Positions 10,173 to 20,198 of a stretch of DNA of 64,000 bases are shown here, in pieces. Position 1 is the stretch's first letter. Each line of letters starts with the position of its first letter. Location of the stretch: assembly GCA_041912015.1 (NCBI GenBank), contig JAYRNU010000011.1, positions 8,144 to 72,143 on the forward strand, in the 5' to 3' direction. The translations under genes were made by a program, and so were the position numbers. The notes beneath the pieces were generated by a model that saw nothing but the letters and a program-made list of their open reading frames with translations, ran no database searches and was not told the origin of the DNA. The DNA is from Thiobacillus sp. (lineage in GTDB: Bacteria; Pseudomonadota; Gammaproteobacteria; Burkholderiales; Thiobacillaceae).

Positions 10173-10487
10173 TTAGCCGATGGTGGCTTCGGCGGTGTTC
10201 TTGTCGCCGGAGTTGTCAACCCAGTTGACGACGACTTTGTCACCGGCCTTGGCGCCCTTGACCCTGAATCCCAGATAGGGGTTCTTGGAAATGCCGGTGC
10301 CAAATCCGGCATTCAGCACGTTGGCGCCATTGATGGTGGCGGTCACGGTCGTGATGTAGAGGGCGGGCACCAGTTGACCGGTCTTGGCGTCTTTACGAAG
10401 ACCGGTTTCCATCGGGTGGTTCATCAGCACTTTGACATCGGCAGCATCGCCAGACATCGTGGCACGAATACGCATGGGTTCAGCCAT
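10173..10487 (-). CDS. soxZ: Sulfur carrier SoxZ
   Basis: HPMETGLRKD, ISKNPY, WVDN; lies between soxY and soxA. Confidence 0.97.
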   Translation of the reverse strand: MAEPMRIRATMSGDAADVKVLMNHPMETGLRKDAKTGQLVPALYITTVTATINGANVLNAGFGTGISKNPYLGFRVKGAKAGDKVVVNWVDNSGDKNTAEATIG

Positions 10488-10550
10488 TTGGCTTTCCTTT
10501 CCTAAAAATTGATCAGTTCGACAGATTCACTTGGGCAGGCGAGAAGGCGA

Positions 10551-11021
10551 TTAGCCGCCGCAGCCGCCGATGGTTACCTTGACTTCTTTGGCCGCAGTGA
10601 AGTTCTTGCCGCCAGCCGTGACCACGGCACGAACCAGCGCGGTTGAACCCATCTTGATGCGGGTGGAGATATAGGCTTCGGTACCGCCCAACAGATCGAA
10701 CTGTGCTACCAGCGGGGTGGTGTTCTTTTCGGCCAGGATGGCGATCGAGGTGGTGTTAGGGATGCTGCTGGTCACTTCCACCGGAACGACTGCACCGTTT
10801 TCTGCAATGTCCGGTGCCTTGACCGTAATGTCCTTCGAGTCGGTCGGGGAACTGCCCAGGCCGCTCATGGCGCCCGCCATGTCCTTGGCATCGAAGGCGC
10901 TGCGCGGAGCGACGGCCATTGCCAGGTTGGGTTTCAACAGACCGGCGGCCACGGCCACCGCTACGGTGCCCGCACCGGCGGCGCCTTTCAATACGTTTCT
11001 ACGAAGTGCATTCATTGGCAT
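10551..11021 (-). CDS. soxY: Sulfur carrier SoxY
   Basis: Tat signal LRRNVLK, APDIAENGAVVP, C-terminal VKVTIGGCGG swinging arm. Confidence 0.98.
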   Translation of the reverse strand: MPMNALRRNVLKGAAGAGTVAVAVAAGLLKPNLAMAVAPRSAFDAKDMAGAMSGLGSSPTDSKDITVKAPDIAENGAVVPVEVTSSIPNTTSIAILAEKNTTPLVAQFDLLGGTEAYISTRIKMGSTALVRAVVTAGGKNFTAAKEVKVTIGGCGG

Positions 11022-11061
11022 GTCTCCTTGGGTTTAGAAAATTTGCTGCACGAAAAAACAA

Positions 11062-11424
11062 TTACAGGCCGTAAATGAAATCAACGACCTTGTCGATTTC
11101 CTGTTCCGTCAAGACCTGATGCTTGCCGAACGGAGGCATGGTGGTCGAAGGATTGAAGTCCATTGCGTTCCAGATCTGGGCGCGCAACTTGGCCTTGTCG
11201 GGATAGCGTGCGCTCATCGCGATCAGGGGCGGACCATAGGTGCCGGTGGCTTCGGCGTCGGGCTGGGTCGGCATGCCATGGCAGGCTAGGCAATTGCCTT
11301 TGCTGCGGTCGAAGGCGAGCTGCTTGCCGGTCGGCTCCTTGGCTGCGTCGGCAGCGAGCGCACTACCCGTCAATGTGATTGCGCCCAGTGCGCAGGCTGT
11401 TAATAGGTGGTGCAACTTTCGCAT
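11062..11424 (-). CDS. soxX: SoxX c-type cytochrome
   Basis: KGNCLACH, GPPL, TMPPFGKH; RBS AGGAGG 6 nt before ATG 11424. Confidence 0.96.
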   Translation of the reverse strand: MRKLHHLLTACALGAITLTGSALAADAAKEPTGKQLAFDRSKGNCLACHGMPTQPDAEATGTYGPPLIAMSARYPDKAKLRAQIWNAMDFNPSTTMPPFGKHQVLTEQEIDKVVDFIYGL

Positions 11425-11514
11425 AGTCATCCTCCTGTTTTTGACATCTTGATGAAAGCGCTCCTGGTGCCGACGGGCATCACAACGAGCGCTATCCACT
11501 AATGGATGACACGA

Positions 11515-11544
11515 AGCATAGTGGAATTAGTTTTTTCGATGCAA
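11515..11544 (-). promoter_or_regulatory. Putative sigma70 promoter of soxXYZAB
   Basis: TTGCAT-N18-TATGCT on the minus strand, about 90 nt upstream of soxX. Confidence 0.5.
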
Positions 11545-11624
11545 GGCCAGGCGCAAACTTTTCCATCCAAAATACAGGGTAAATTCCTACCAGCCGCACC
11601 AATGCTGGGTTTGCGCCCGACCGG

Positions 11625-13046
11625 CTAATCATTGCGCTGGGCTTTCTCCATCGCCTGCCATTCGCGCCGCCGCGCTTCGGCCGCTGACATTTCCTGGAAA
11701 TTTCCGTCGCCAGCCTTGATGCCGAGGGTGATCTGCTCGATTGCGGCGGGCAGATTGCCGCTCAATGCTTCTGCCTCCGCCTGGGCACTGTGACTGAGCA
11801 GGCGCTGGCCAAGCTGGGCGTGGGTCTGGGCTGCCAGATGCCACAGGCGCCGGTCGAGCGGGTAGAGGGCCAGCTGCTTGTCGACGGTCGCCAGCGCATC
11901 GGTGTTGTGTCCGGCGGCCAGCAGTGCAGCGATATAGCCATACTGCAAAGGCCGGTAGCCCGGATAGGCCATGCAGGCAGCCTGGTAGCGCTGCAGGGCA
12001 AGTGACTGGTTGCCCGCGGCCTGCGCGGAATAGGCCGCCAGTTGCCGGATCATCGGATTGCTGCCGTACGGACCGGACAGGAGCTTCTGCACTTCGGCTT
12101 CGGCTTCCTTGAATTGCCGGGCGCGCAACAGTGCGGTGGCCAGCGTGTACCGTGCAGCGGTCTCGTTGCTGTAGCGTTTGTCCTTTAGGATGTCGCGCGC
12201 TGCCAGCACTGCATCAGCCGGGCTGTTTTCCTGCGCACGCAGGCGAGCCCGCACCAGTTGGAATTCGATGCTGTCCTGGACCTGGTGGTAAGGCGTCGAC
12301 TCGCTCCGCGATTCCATGTCGGCAATTCGGTCGCTGGTGAGCGGGTGGGTTCGCAAATAGGCCGGCGCGTTGCTGTCGTAGAAACGGCTGGCGCGTTGCA
12401 AGCGAGTGAAGAACGTGCTCATGCCACGCGGATCGAAATCCGAGCGGGTCAGCATTTCGTACCCGAGGCGATCGGCCTCACGTTCGAAATCACGACTGTA
12501 ATTGAGCTGGTTCTGCATCGTGTAGGCCTGGGTGGAGGCGATGGCCGCGCCAGCAATGTTGGTATTGGACCGCGAAGCCAGCAACGCCAGTGCCAGGGCA
12601 GCCATCGATGGCCAATAGGCCTGCTGTTGTGCGGCGATCTGGCGCGCGATGTGATCCTGGGTGACGTGGGAGATTTCGTGCGCAATCACGCTTGCGAGTT
12701 CGGATTCATTCTGCGCCGTAAGCAGCAGGCCCGTGTGGACGCCGATGTTGCCACCGGGCATCGCGAATGCGTTGACGGTGGGATCGTCGACAACGAAGAA
12801 AACGAAATCACGCTGGTTGCGTGAACTGACCGAAACCAGCCGGTAGCCAAGCTGGTTGAGGTAGTTTTCGATTTCGGGATCGTCCAGATAACGTGGGTCG
12901 GCATAGACGTCGCGCATGATGGCGCGCCCAAGCGCCGCTTCCTGCTGGTCCGAAAAATACTGGCGCGACACTTCCCCCAGATCGGGCAAATCGGCCGCAA
13001 AGGCGGGCTGAATCGCCAGTACAAATGCGAGCAGGGTGCGCAACAT
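11625..13046 (-). CDS. bepA: M48 metalloprotease/TPR protein (BepA/YfgC)
   Basis: Signal peptide, [26 protein letters not shown]-terminal TPR-like helices. Confidence 0.88.
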   Translation of the reverse strand: MLRTLLAFVLAIQPAFAADLPDLGEVSRQYFSDQQEAALGRAIMRDVYADPRYLDDPEIENYLNQLGYRLVSVSSRNQRDFVFFVVDDPTVNAFAMPGGNIGVHTGLLLTAQNESELASVIAHEISHVTQDHIARQIAAQQQAYWPSMAALALALLASRSNTNIAGAAIASTQAYTMQNQLNYSRDFEREADRLGYEMLTRSDFDPRGMSTFFTRLQRASRFYDSNAPAYLRTHPLTSDRIADMESRSESTPYHQVQDSIEFQLVRARLRAQENSPADAVLAARDILKDKRYSNETAARYTLATALLRARQFKEAEAEVQKLLSGPYGSNPMIRQLAAYSAQAAGNQSLALQRYQAACMAYPGYRPLQYGYIAALLAAGHNTDALATVDKQLALYPLDRRLWHLAAQTHAQLGQRLLSHSAQAEAEALSGNLPAAIEQITLGIKAGDGNFQEMSAAEARRREWQAMEKAQRND

Positions 13047-13118
13047 CAGCGGCGGATGGGTGAGGAGAATGACGGCATTTCGATTACGATGCGGAAATTG
13101 TCGGCAAGGTTCCTGAAC

Positions 13119-13598
13119 ATGAGCGAATTCACTCACTTTGACGAAAACGGCCGTGCGGTGATGGTCGACGTGGCGGGCAAGGACGATACCCGGCGTGTCG
13201 CCGTGGCGTGCGGACGCATTGTCATGTTACCCGATACGCTGCAGAAAATTCTGACGGGGCAGGCGGCAAAGGGCGACGTTCTCGGCATCGCGCGGATTGC
13301 GGCGATTCAGGCGACCAAGCGGACTTCCGAACTGATCCCGTTATGCCATCCGATTGCGCTGACACGGGTCAGCGTTGAATTCGCGAGCGATTTGGCCGAA
13401 TCGGCCATCACCTGCACCGTGACGACAGAGACCGTCGGCAAGACCGGGGTGGAAATGGAAGCGCTGGTCGGAGCCAGCGTCGCGCTCCTGACGATCTACG
13501 ACATGTGCAAGGCCGTGGACCGCGGCATGCAGATGGGCGATATCAAACTTCTCGAGAAACAGGGCGGGCGTTCCGGCCACTGGCGCCGGCTAACTTAA
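13119..13598 (+). CDS. moaC: Cyclic pyranopterin monophosphate synthase MoaC
   Basis: [39 protein letters not shown]. Confidence 0.97.
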   Translation: MSEFTHFDENGRAVMVDVAGKDDTRRVAVACGRIVMLPDTLQKILTGQAAKGDVLGIARIAAIQATKRTSELIPLCHPIALTRVSVEFASDLAESAITCTVTTETVGKTGVEMEALVGASVALLTIYDMCKAVDRGMQMGDIKLLEKQGGRSGHWRRLT

Positions 13599-13692
13599 AC
13601 AGACGTCGGATAGTCAAAATGCACCTTGCGTGCCCAAGGCGCTGCGGCGATATGATGCGTGACAGATATTTGGTTGGGCGACGAGGCAATCG

Positions 13693-14394
13693 ATGTCATT
13701 GATCAGGGTTCTGCTGTTGAGCCTCTGGGCATGTTCGTTCGGAGTACGTGCCGATCTGCCGGACTACCAGACCTTTCCAGCCCAGGGCAATCGACTGCTG
13801 TTGTGGGTGACTTCCGAGCGCGGGCGCACCGATCCCGAGGTGCAAGCTGCGGAGAAGCTCTCCGGTCAGGGCGTTGAGGTCTGGTCGCTCGACCTCGTCA
13901 ACGCCTATTTCCTGCCGCAGCTTTCCAGCAGCATGGACCGCGTGCCGCAACAGGATCTGACGGAATGGATGCGGCATGCGCTGGCCACCGACAAGCAGGT
14001 GACCATCTATGCCGTGGCACGTGCCGCCGCTCCGGTGCTGCGCGCGGCCGCAGGGCTCGAGCCCGCGTTGCGCAGCCGCTTGTGCCTGCTGCTGATGTAC
14101 CCGAACCTGTACACGGTCGCTGAGCCGTTGGCGGAGCCGGATTATCTCGATCTGGGCTCATTGACGGGATTGCACATCAAAGTGCTGCAGCCCCGGCGTT
14201 CGGCCGCTACGCCCTGGCTGCCCGGTTTGATCGATCACCTGACACAGTTCGGCGCAACGGTCGCTCAGGAGATCCTGGAGAACCTGCGGGAAAGCTACTG
14301 GGCGCGGGACACTCCAACCGAATTCGAGATGGCCGAGAGTCGCCGAATGGATGCTTTGGTGATCAAAGAGATGAACAGCGGAGGGTGCAAATGA
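13693..14394 (+). CDS. Exported hypothetical protein, possibly a degenerate alpha/beta fold, coupled to a TlpA thioredoxin
   Basis: 233-aa ORF with N-terminal signal peptide; its stop overlaps the start of the TlpA gene. Confidence 0.7.
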   Translation: MSLIRVLLLSLWACSFGVRADLPDYQTFPAQGNRLLLWVTSERGRTDPEVQAAEKLSGQGVEVWSLDLVNAYFLPQLSSSMDRVPQQDLTEWMRHALATDKQVTIYAVARAAAPVLRAAAGLEPALRSRLCLLLMYPNLYTVAEPLAEPDYLDLGSLTGLHIKVLQPRRSAATPWLPGLIDHLTQFGATVAQEILENLRESYWARDTPTEFEMAESRRMDALVIKEMNSGGCK

Positions 14395-14909
14395 ACAAGT
14401 GGTTGGCAGCGCTTGCGATGGGTCTTGCGTTTTGTGCAATGGGTCATGCCGGCGGATTCGAGGCGCGGCCCAGTACACCGGCTCCCGCCCTGAAGGCTCG
14501 CGACTTGAACGGGGGAACGCACACCGTGGCTGACTATCGGGGCAGAGTGGTTCTGCTCAACTTCTGGGCGTCGTGGTGTCCGCCCTGTTTGCGCGAAATG
14601 CCCTCACTCGAGCGCCTGCGAGTCAGCATGGCCGGGCGGCCACTCGAAATCCTTGCGCTGGATAGCGCCGAAACGGCGGAGGATGTGAACACCTATCTGG
14701 CCAGGATGAACCTGGGCTTCCGCATCCTGCTCGATCCGGAGGGCATCAATACGCGGCGCTGGAAAGTCTTCGCCCTGCCCACTTCGTTTCTGATCGACGC
14801 CGAGGGACGGGTGCGCTACGTATTGACGGGTCCCACGGAGTGGGATGAAGGCGAGGCTCTGCAGGTGATCGAGACACTGCTGGCGGAGATGCCCACACCG
14901 CAGAAATAG
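14391..14909 (+). CDS. TlpA/ResA-family thiol:disulfide oxidoreductase
   Basis: LLNFWASWCPPCLREMPSL, ALPTSFLID, signal peptide. Confidence 0.92.
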   Translation: MNKWLAALAMGLAFCAMGHAGGFEARPSTPAPALKARDLNGGTHTVADYRGRVVLLNFWASWCPPCLREMPSLERLRVSMAGRPLEILALDSAETAEDVNTYLARMNLGFRILLDPEGINTRRWKVFALPTSFLIDAEGRVRYVLTGPTEWDEGEALQVIETLLAEMPTPQK

Positions 14910-15023
14910 GCGGTTTCAGCTTTTCTTGCCGCCGGGCGCATCAGGGAAAGGTGGCGCCGGGCCACAAATAGCCCGTCGCCATTTCTCTTGCCACGGCGGG
15001 CGCTAGAAGTGCACAATAACAGC

Positions 15024-15043
15024 ATATTCGAAACGTTTAATAT
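15024..15043. promoter_or_regulatory. Palindromic operator-like site upstream of soeA
   Basis: ATATTCGAAACGTTTAATAT (core ATTC-N8-TAAT); similar site at 19823. Confidence 0.5.
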
Positions 15044-15175
15044 ATCGGCATTCCCGATGCTTGCAGCGGGAATGCGCTGACCCTTGTTTTAGCAGTTACC
15101 TCGAGTGTTTTTCCTGGTAGGAAGCGATGCGACGCCGGCATGGTTGCGCAGGGGGAATTTTTAGCCAAGAGACGC

Positions 15176-18052
15176 ATGAACGCCAAGATCAGAGTGGAAA
15201 ACCACGATGCGCAGGAAATCAAGTACACGACGTGCTACATGTGTGCCTGCCGCTGTGGCATCAAGGTGACGCTGGAAAACAGCAAGGTCCGCTTCATCCA
15301 GGGAAACCGCAATCATCCCACCAACCAGGGCGTCTTGTGCGCCAAGGGGTCGGCAGGGATCATGAAGCAATACTCCACCGCCAAACTGACGCAACCCTTG
15401 ATGAGGAAGCCGGGTACCGAACGCGGGGAGGGCATCTATGAGCCCGTGTCCTGGGAACAGGCGCTCGACGTGCTGACTTCTCGCCTCGAAGAAATCCGCG
15501 CGACCGATCCGTCCAAGCTGGCATATTTCACCGGCCGCGACCAGATGCAGGCGCTGACCGGCTTGTGGGCACAGCAGTTCGGCACCCCGAACTGGGCAGC
15601 GCATGGCGGCTTCTGTTCGGTCAACATGGCAGCGGCCGGACTCTATTCGATCGGTTTTTCGTTCTGGGAGTTCGGCGCTCCCGACTGGGATTACGCGAGA
15701 TACTTCCTGATGTGGGGGGTGGCCGAAGACCATTCCTCGAACCCGATCAAGATCGGCCTGGAAAAGCTCAAGCGTCGTGGCGGCAAGTTCGTGAGCGTCA
15801 ATCCGGTGCGTACCGGCTATTCGGCGATAGCCGATGAATGGCTGCCGATCAAGCCGGGCATGGATGGGCTGCTTGCGATGTCGATGGTGCACGTGCTGCT
15901 GAAGCATGAGCAATTCGACTACGAATTTCTCGTGCGCTATACCAATGCCTCATGGCTGGTGGTTCAGACACCGGGTCGGCAGGGCGACGGATTGTTCCTG
16001 CGCGATGAAAACGACCATCCGCTGATCTGGGACATCGACAAGGAAGTCTTCAGGAACGGCATCGACGGCGATATCGCACCTGCACTGTTCGGTGATTTCG
16101 TGGCGCCTGACGGTCGTCGCGTCAAGACGGTGATGTCGCTGATGGTCGAGCGTTATCTCGACGAACGCTATGCGCCAGAGAGCGTCGCGCTCGAATGCGG
16201 CCTGCCGGCCCGAACCATCGAGCGCATTGCCCTGGAAATGGCACACGTCGCGTTCAAGGAAACCGTCGAATTGCCGATCGAATGGACCGACGTGTGGGGT
16301 CGCAGGCACGACAAGGTCGTCGGCCGGCCGGTCGCGATGTACGCGATGCGGGGCATCGCAGCACATTCCAACGGCTTTCACGCCTGCCGAGCGATCCACA
16401 TGATCCAGATGCTGCTGGGCGCGCTCGACGCCCCGGGCAATTTCCGCGCACGTGCACCCTACCCGAAGCCGATCCCGCCGCACCAGCTGCCGGAAAACAA
16501 CATCGACGTCATCAACGCGCCGAACACGCCGCTGTCGCGACCTCCGCTCGGTTTTCCGACGCGTCCTGAAGATCTGGTGATCGACGAATTCGGCAATCCG
16601 CTGCGCATCGACAAGGCGTATTCGTGGGAGGTACCGATCGCCTCGCACGGCCTCATGCACATGGTCATCACCAACGCGGCCAACCATGATCCGTATGCGC
16701 TGGACACGCTGATCCTGTTCATGTCCAACATGGCCTGGAATTCCTCCATGAACACGACGAACATCCAGGACATGCTGCGCGCCAAGGATCCGGACAATTT
16801 CGGCGAGTACAAGATTCCGTTCCTGGTGGTGATCGATGCCTTCCATTCGGAAATGACCCAGTTCGCCGACCTGATCCTGCCGGACACCACCTATCTGGAG
16901 CGACACGACACGATTTCGCTGCTCGACCGCCCGATTTCCGAGCCGGACGCGGCGGCTGACGCAATTCGATATCCGCTCGTGACGCCCGACCGCGACGTGC
17001 GACCGTGGCAGGAGGTCATGGTCGAGCTGGCATCGCGCCTGAAGTTTCCGGCATTCACCCGGCCCGACGGCACCCGAAAATTCAGCGGCTACCAGGATTT
17101 CATCGTCAACTACGAACGGTCGCCCGGCATCGGCTTTCTCGCCGGCTGGCGCGGCAAGGATGGCACTCGGTCGCTCAAGGGCGAACCCAATCCGCGGCAG
17201 TGGGAAAAATATATCGAGAACCAGAGCTTCTACGCTCACCACTGGCCCGACAATCAGAAATACATGCGCTACGCCAACAGGGATTACCTTGACGTGGCGG
17301 CAGACGTCGGCTTCGTGGGCAAAGCCGAGCCGATCATCATGCAGTTCTATTCCGAACCGCTGCAGAAGTTCCGCCTGGCAGGGCAAGGCCTGTATGACGG
17401 TCCTCAGCCCAACAATCAGGTCGACCGCGAACGTCTGGCGAAATACTTCGATCCGTTGCCGATGTGGTACGAACCGCTGGAACAGCAGCGGGTCGACATG
17501 GACGAATACCCCTTCTTCGCACTGACCCAGCGGCCTATGTTCATGTATCACTCATGGGATTCGCAGAACGTTTGGCTGCGCCAGCTCATGGCGCAGAACT
17601 TCATGTACATGAATGCACGCAAGGCTGCGGAAATGGGTATCAAGGACCTCGACTGGATCTGGGTCGAGTCGCACAACGGCAAGATTCGTTGCCAGGTCAA
17701 GACCATGGAGGGCACGCAGGAAGACACCGTCTGGACCTGGAATGCCATCGGCAAGCAAAAAGGCGCCTGGGGGCTGAAGGAAAACGCTTCCGAGGCGACC
17801 CGCGGTTTCCTGCTCAATCACCTGATTTCCGAATTGCTGCCTGAAAAGGCCGGCGAGCGTCGACTCACCAACTCCGACCCGGTGACCGGCCAGGCAGCCT
17901 GGTTCGATCTGCGCGTGAAGATCCGCAAAGCGGCGCCGGGCGAATCGGGATCCTGGCCGCAATTCGATGCGCTGAAACCCTTGCCGGGTGACGAGCGCTA
18001 CGAGCGCCCGGACGTGCTGCGCTACGACGCCCGCAGTCACGAGAATAACTGA
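15176..18052 (+). CDS. soeA: Cytoplasmic sulfite dehydrogenase, molybdopterin subunit SoeA
   Basis: TTCYMCACRCGI Fe-S motif, FTGRDQMQALTG, HGGFCSVNMAA, YHSWDSQN; no Tat signal; followed by Fe-S and membrane-anchor genes. Confidence 0.93.
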   Translation: MNAKIRVENHDAQEIKYTTCYMCACRCGIKVTLENSKVRFIQGNRNHPTNQGVLCAKGSAGIMKQYSTAKLTQPLMRKPGTERGEGIYEPVSWEQALDVLTSRLEEIRATDPSKLAYFTGRDQMQALTGLWAQQFGTPNWAAHGGFCSVNMAAAGLYSIGFSFWEFGAPDWDYARYFLMWGVAEDHSSNPIKIGLEKLKRRGGKFVSVNPVRTGYSAIADEWLPIKPGMDGLLAMSMVHVLLKHEQFDYEFLVRYTNASWLVVQTPGRQGDGLFLRDENDHPLIWDIDKEVFRNGIDGDIAPALFGDFVAPDGRRVKTVMSLMVERYLDERYAPESVALECGLPARTIERIALEMAHVAFKETVELPIEWTDVWGRRHDKVVGRPVAMYAMRGIAAHSNGFHACRAIHMIQMLLGALDAPGNFRARAPYPKPIPPHQLPENNIDVINAPNTPLSRPPLGFPTRPEDLVIDEFGNPLRIDKAYSWEVPIASHGLMHMVITNAANHDPYALDTLILFMSNMAWNSSMNTTNIQDMLRAKDPDNFGEYKIPFLVVIDAFHSEMTQFADLILPDTTYLERHDTISLLDRPISEPDAAADAIRYPLVTPDRDVRPWQEVMVELASRLKFPAFTRPDGTRKFSGYQDFIVNYERSPGIGFLAGWRGKDGTRSLKGEPNPRQWEKYIENQSFYAHHWPDNQKYMRYANRDYLDVAADVGFVGKAEPIIMQFYSEPLQKFRLAGQGLYDGPQPNNQVDRERLAKYFDPLPMWYEPLEQQRVDMDEYPFFALTQRPMFMYHSWDSQNVWLRQLMAQNFMYMNARKAAEMGIKDLDWIWVESHNGKIRCQVKTMEGTQEDTVWTWNAIGKQKGAWGLKENASEATRGFLLNHLISELLPEKAGERRLTNSDPVTGQAAWFDLRVKIRKAAPGESGSWPQFDALKPLPGDERYERPDVLRYDARSHENN

Positions 18053-18082
18053 GTCCCACGGATCCATTTAAGCGAGCAATCT

Positions 18083-18778
18083 ATGAGACTAGGACTGGTC
18101 ATTGACCTCGATGTGTGCGTGGGCTGTCATGCCTGCGCCATCGCTTGCAAGGAATGGAACGCCTCCGGCACCATCGGCCCCTTGTCCGACTATCAGCCCT
18201 ACGGTGCCGAGCCGTCGGGCGTGTGGTTCAACCGGATTCGCCATTTCGAGATAGACGAATACCCGAACAACAAGACCGTCAATTTCCCGATGTCGTGCAT
18301 GCATTGCGAGGACGCCGATTGCGTCACGGTGTGCCCGACGGGCGCCTCCTACAAGCGGGCAGAAGACGGCATCGTGCTGATCGATCAGGACAAATGCATG
18401 GGCTGCAATTACTGCTCGTGGGCCTGTCCCTATGGCGCGCGCGAACTCGATCGTTCGAGCGGCACCATGAAGAAGTGCACGCTGTGCGTCGATCGCATCT
18501 ATGACCAGAACTTGCCGGTTGAGGAGCGTCAGCCATCGTGTGTGTTGACCTGTCCGGCGCATGCCAGAATGTTCGGTGATTTCGACGATCCCGATTCGGC
18601 GGTATCGCGCACCGTGCGCGATCGCGGCGGATACGCTCTGATGCCGGAGCTCAACTACAACCCGACCAACCAGTATTTGCCCTCGCGACGCACACCGGTG
18701 ATCCCGGTCGATACAAACCCCAGGCAGGGTCTCAAGGAGAGCATCAAGAAGTTTGCCAACAAGCTGGTGCGACGCTGA
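18083..18778 (+). CDS. soeB: SoeB 4Fe-4S subunit
   Basis: CVGCHAC..ACKEWN, CMHC...CVTVCP, CMGCNYCSWACP, CTLC...CVLTCP. Confidence 0.93.
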   Translation: MRLGLVIDLDVCVGCHACAIACKEWNASGTIGPLSDYQPYGAEPSGVWFNRIRHFEIDEYPNNKTVNFPMSCMHCEDADCVTVCPTGASYKRAEDGIVLIDQDKCMGCNYCSWACPYGARELDRSSGTMKKCTLCVDRIYDQNLPVEERQPSCVLTCPAHARMFGDFDDPDSAVSRTVRDRGGYALMPELNYNPTNQYLPSRRTPVIPVDTNPRQGLKESIKKFANKLVRR

Positions 18779-18828
18779 TCCGGACGCGCATCGGTTTGAA
18801 TTCGAATTGATCTAAAGCAGGAAAATTC

Positions 18829-19767
18829 ATGCATCCAGCATTCTCAGTCATCTTCTTCACCGTTGCGTCGGGCGCTGGCTTTGGCCTGTTCTCGCTGTTG
18901 TTCCTGGCGGACGTGTTCAAGCTTGGCGGGGGATTCAACAAGGATCAGCTCGTCGCAGGCGGCCTCATGGCAATGGCGCTGGTGGTGTTCGGTCTGCTTT
19001 CGTCCACTTTCCACCTTGCCAATCCGAAAAATGCCTGGCGTGCCTTCAGCCGCTTCCGCACCTCCTGGCTGTCTCGCGAAGGCGTGTTTGCAATGGTATT
19101 CATGCCGCTCGCTCTGACTTATCTCGGCAGCATCATGTTCGATGCGCCTCAGTGGCTGCGGGTCACGAGCGGTTTCCTGACCGCCGTACTGGCCTGGATC
19201 ACGGTTTTTTCAACCGGCATGATCTATGCCTGTCTGAAGACGATCCGCCAATGGAACACGCCGCTGGTGCCCGCCAATTACCTGGCGTTGGGATATGCGA
19301 GCGGCAGTCTGCTGCTGCTGCTTGGTGCGGTCGTGGCGGATCTGGATACCACTCCTTACCTGGCCATGTCGGCGCTGATCGTATCGATCGCAGCGGTACT
19401 GAAAGCCATCTACTACTTCTGGATTCGGAGCCCGGGACTGACCCCTACCATCAATACGGCAACCGGACTGACCCGTTCCAAGGTCCGGTTGCTGGATACG
19501 GGCCACACGCATGGCAGTTTCCTGACCCAGGAATTCGGATTCCAGATCGCTCGCCAGAAAGCAGGCCTGCTCAGGGTCATCGTGTTTGTGATCGGTTTCG
19601 CGCTGCCCGGACTGATGCTGATTTGGGTGTACAAGCAGCAGGGCGGACCGCTTGCAGCGATCGTTGCAGCCGTTGCGGGCCTGGCCGGTGCGGCCGTCGA
19701 ACGTTGGCTGTTTTTCGCGGAAGCCCGCCACGTGGTGAACCTGTATCACGGCGCCCAGCGCTGCTGA
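18829..19767 (+). CDS. soeC: SoeC membrane anchor (DmsC/YnfH family)
   Basis: MHPAFSVIFFT, HLANPKNAWRA, SWLSREG, ERWLFFAEARHVV; multiple hydrophobic helices. Confidence 0.92.
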   Translation: MHPAFSVIFFTVASGAGFGLFSLLFLADVFKLGGGFNKDQLVAGGLMAMALVVFGLLSSTFHLANPKNAWRAFSRFRTSWLSREGVFAMVFMPLALTYLGSIMFDAPQWLRVTSGFLTAVLAWITVFSTGMIYACLKTIRQWNTPLVPANYLALGYASGSLLLLLGAVVADLDTTPYLAMSALIVSIAAVLKAIYYFWIRSPGLTPTINTATGLTRSKVRLLDTGHTHGSFLTQEFGFQIARQKAGLLRVIVFVIGFALPGLMLIWVYKQQGGPLAAIVAAVAGLAGAAVERWLFFAEARHVVNLYHGAQRC

Positions 19768-19798
19768 ACCGATAACCCCTGTCCCTTGAGGGGCAAGC

Positions 19799-19842
19799 TT
19801 GGCCACGGCGGGAATTTGAAGTATATTAACAAATTCTAATTT
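19799..19842 (+). promoter_or_regulatory. Putative rhd promoter with overlapping palindromic operator
   Basis: TTGGCC-N17-TATATT; ATATTAACAAATTCTAATTT (ATTA-N8-TAAT) overlaps the -10 box. Confidence 0.5.
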
Positions 19843-19868
19843 GTCTCCGCTTCTGGGGTGATACGCCT

Positions 19869-20198
19869 ATGTTTGGTATGTCTGGTTTCAAGGAAGTTGA
19901 CCCGGCTTACGTAGCCGAACTTGCAGCAAAGGGCGCACACCTGATCGACGTGCGCACCGAGGCCGAAGTGGCACAGGGCGTAATCGATGGCGCCATCCAT
20001 ATCCCGCTGCATTTGCTACCCCTTCGGGCAGCCGATATTCCCCAAGACAAGCCGGTGGTGATCTACTGCCGATCGGGTGCGCGATCGGCCCAGGCATGTG
20101 CGTTCATGGCATCGAGGGGCTATGGCAACATGCACAACTTGGCCGGTGGCATCATGGCTTGGGCACGTTCAGGAAATCCCCTCAACCTGCCCCGCTGA
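19869..20198 (+). CDS. rhd: Single-domain rhodanese
   Basis: LIDVR, GAIHIP, active loop YCRSGARS, LAGGIMAW; rhd-tusA-dsrE2 order. Confidence 0.93.
   Translation: MFGMSGFKEVDPAYVAELAAKGAHLIDVRTEAEVAQGVIDGAIHIPLHLLPLRAADIPQDKPVVIYCRSGARSAQACAFMASRGYGNMHNLAGGIMAWARSGNPLNLPR

Noticed and set aside
15140-15175. KRR in the extended SoeA N-terminus as a Tat signal
   Set aside because: No hydrophobic region follows, and SoeA is a cytoplasm-facing enzyme.
18808-18821. FNR-like TTGAT-N4-AGCAG between soeB and soeC
   Set aside because: Poor second half-site, overlaps the RBS region, and sits inside an operon.
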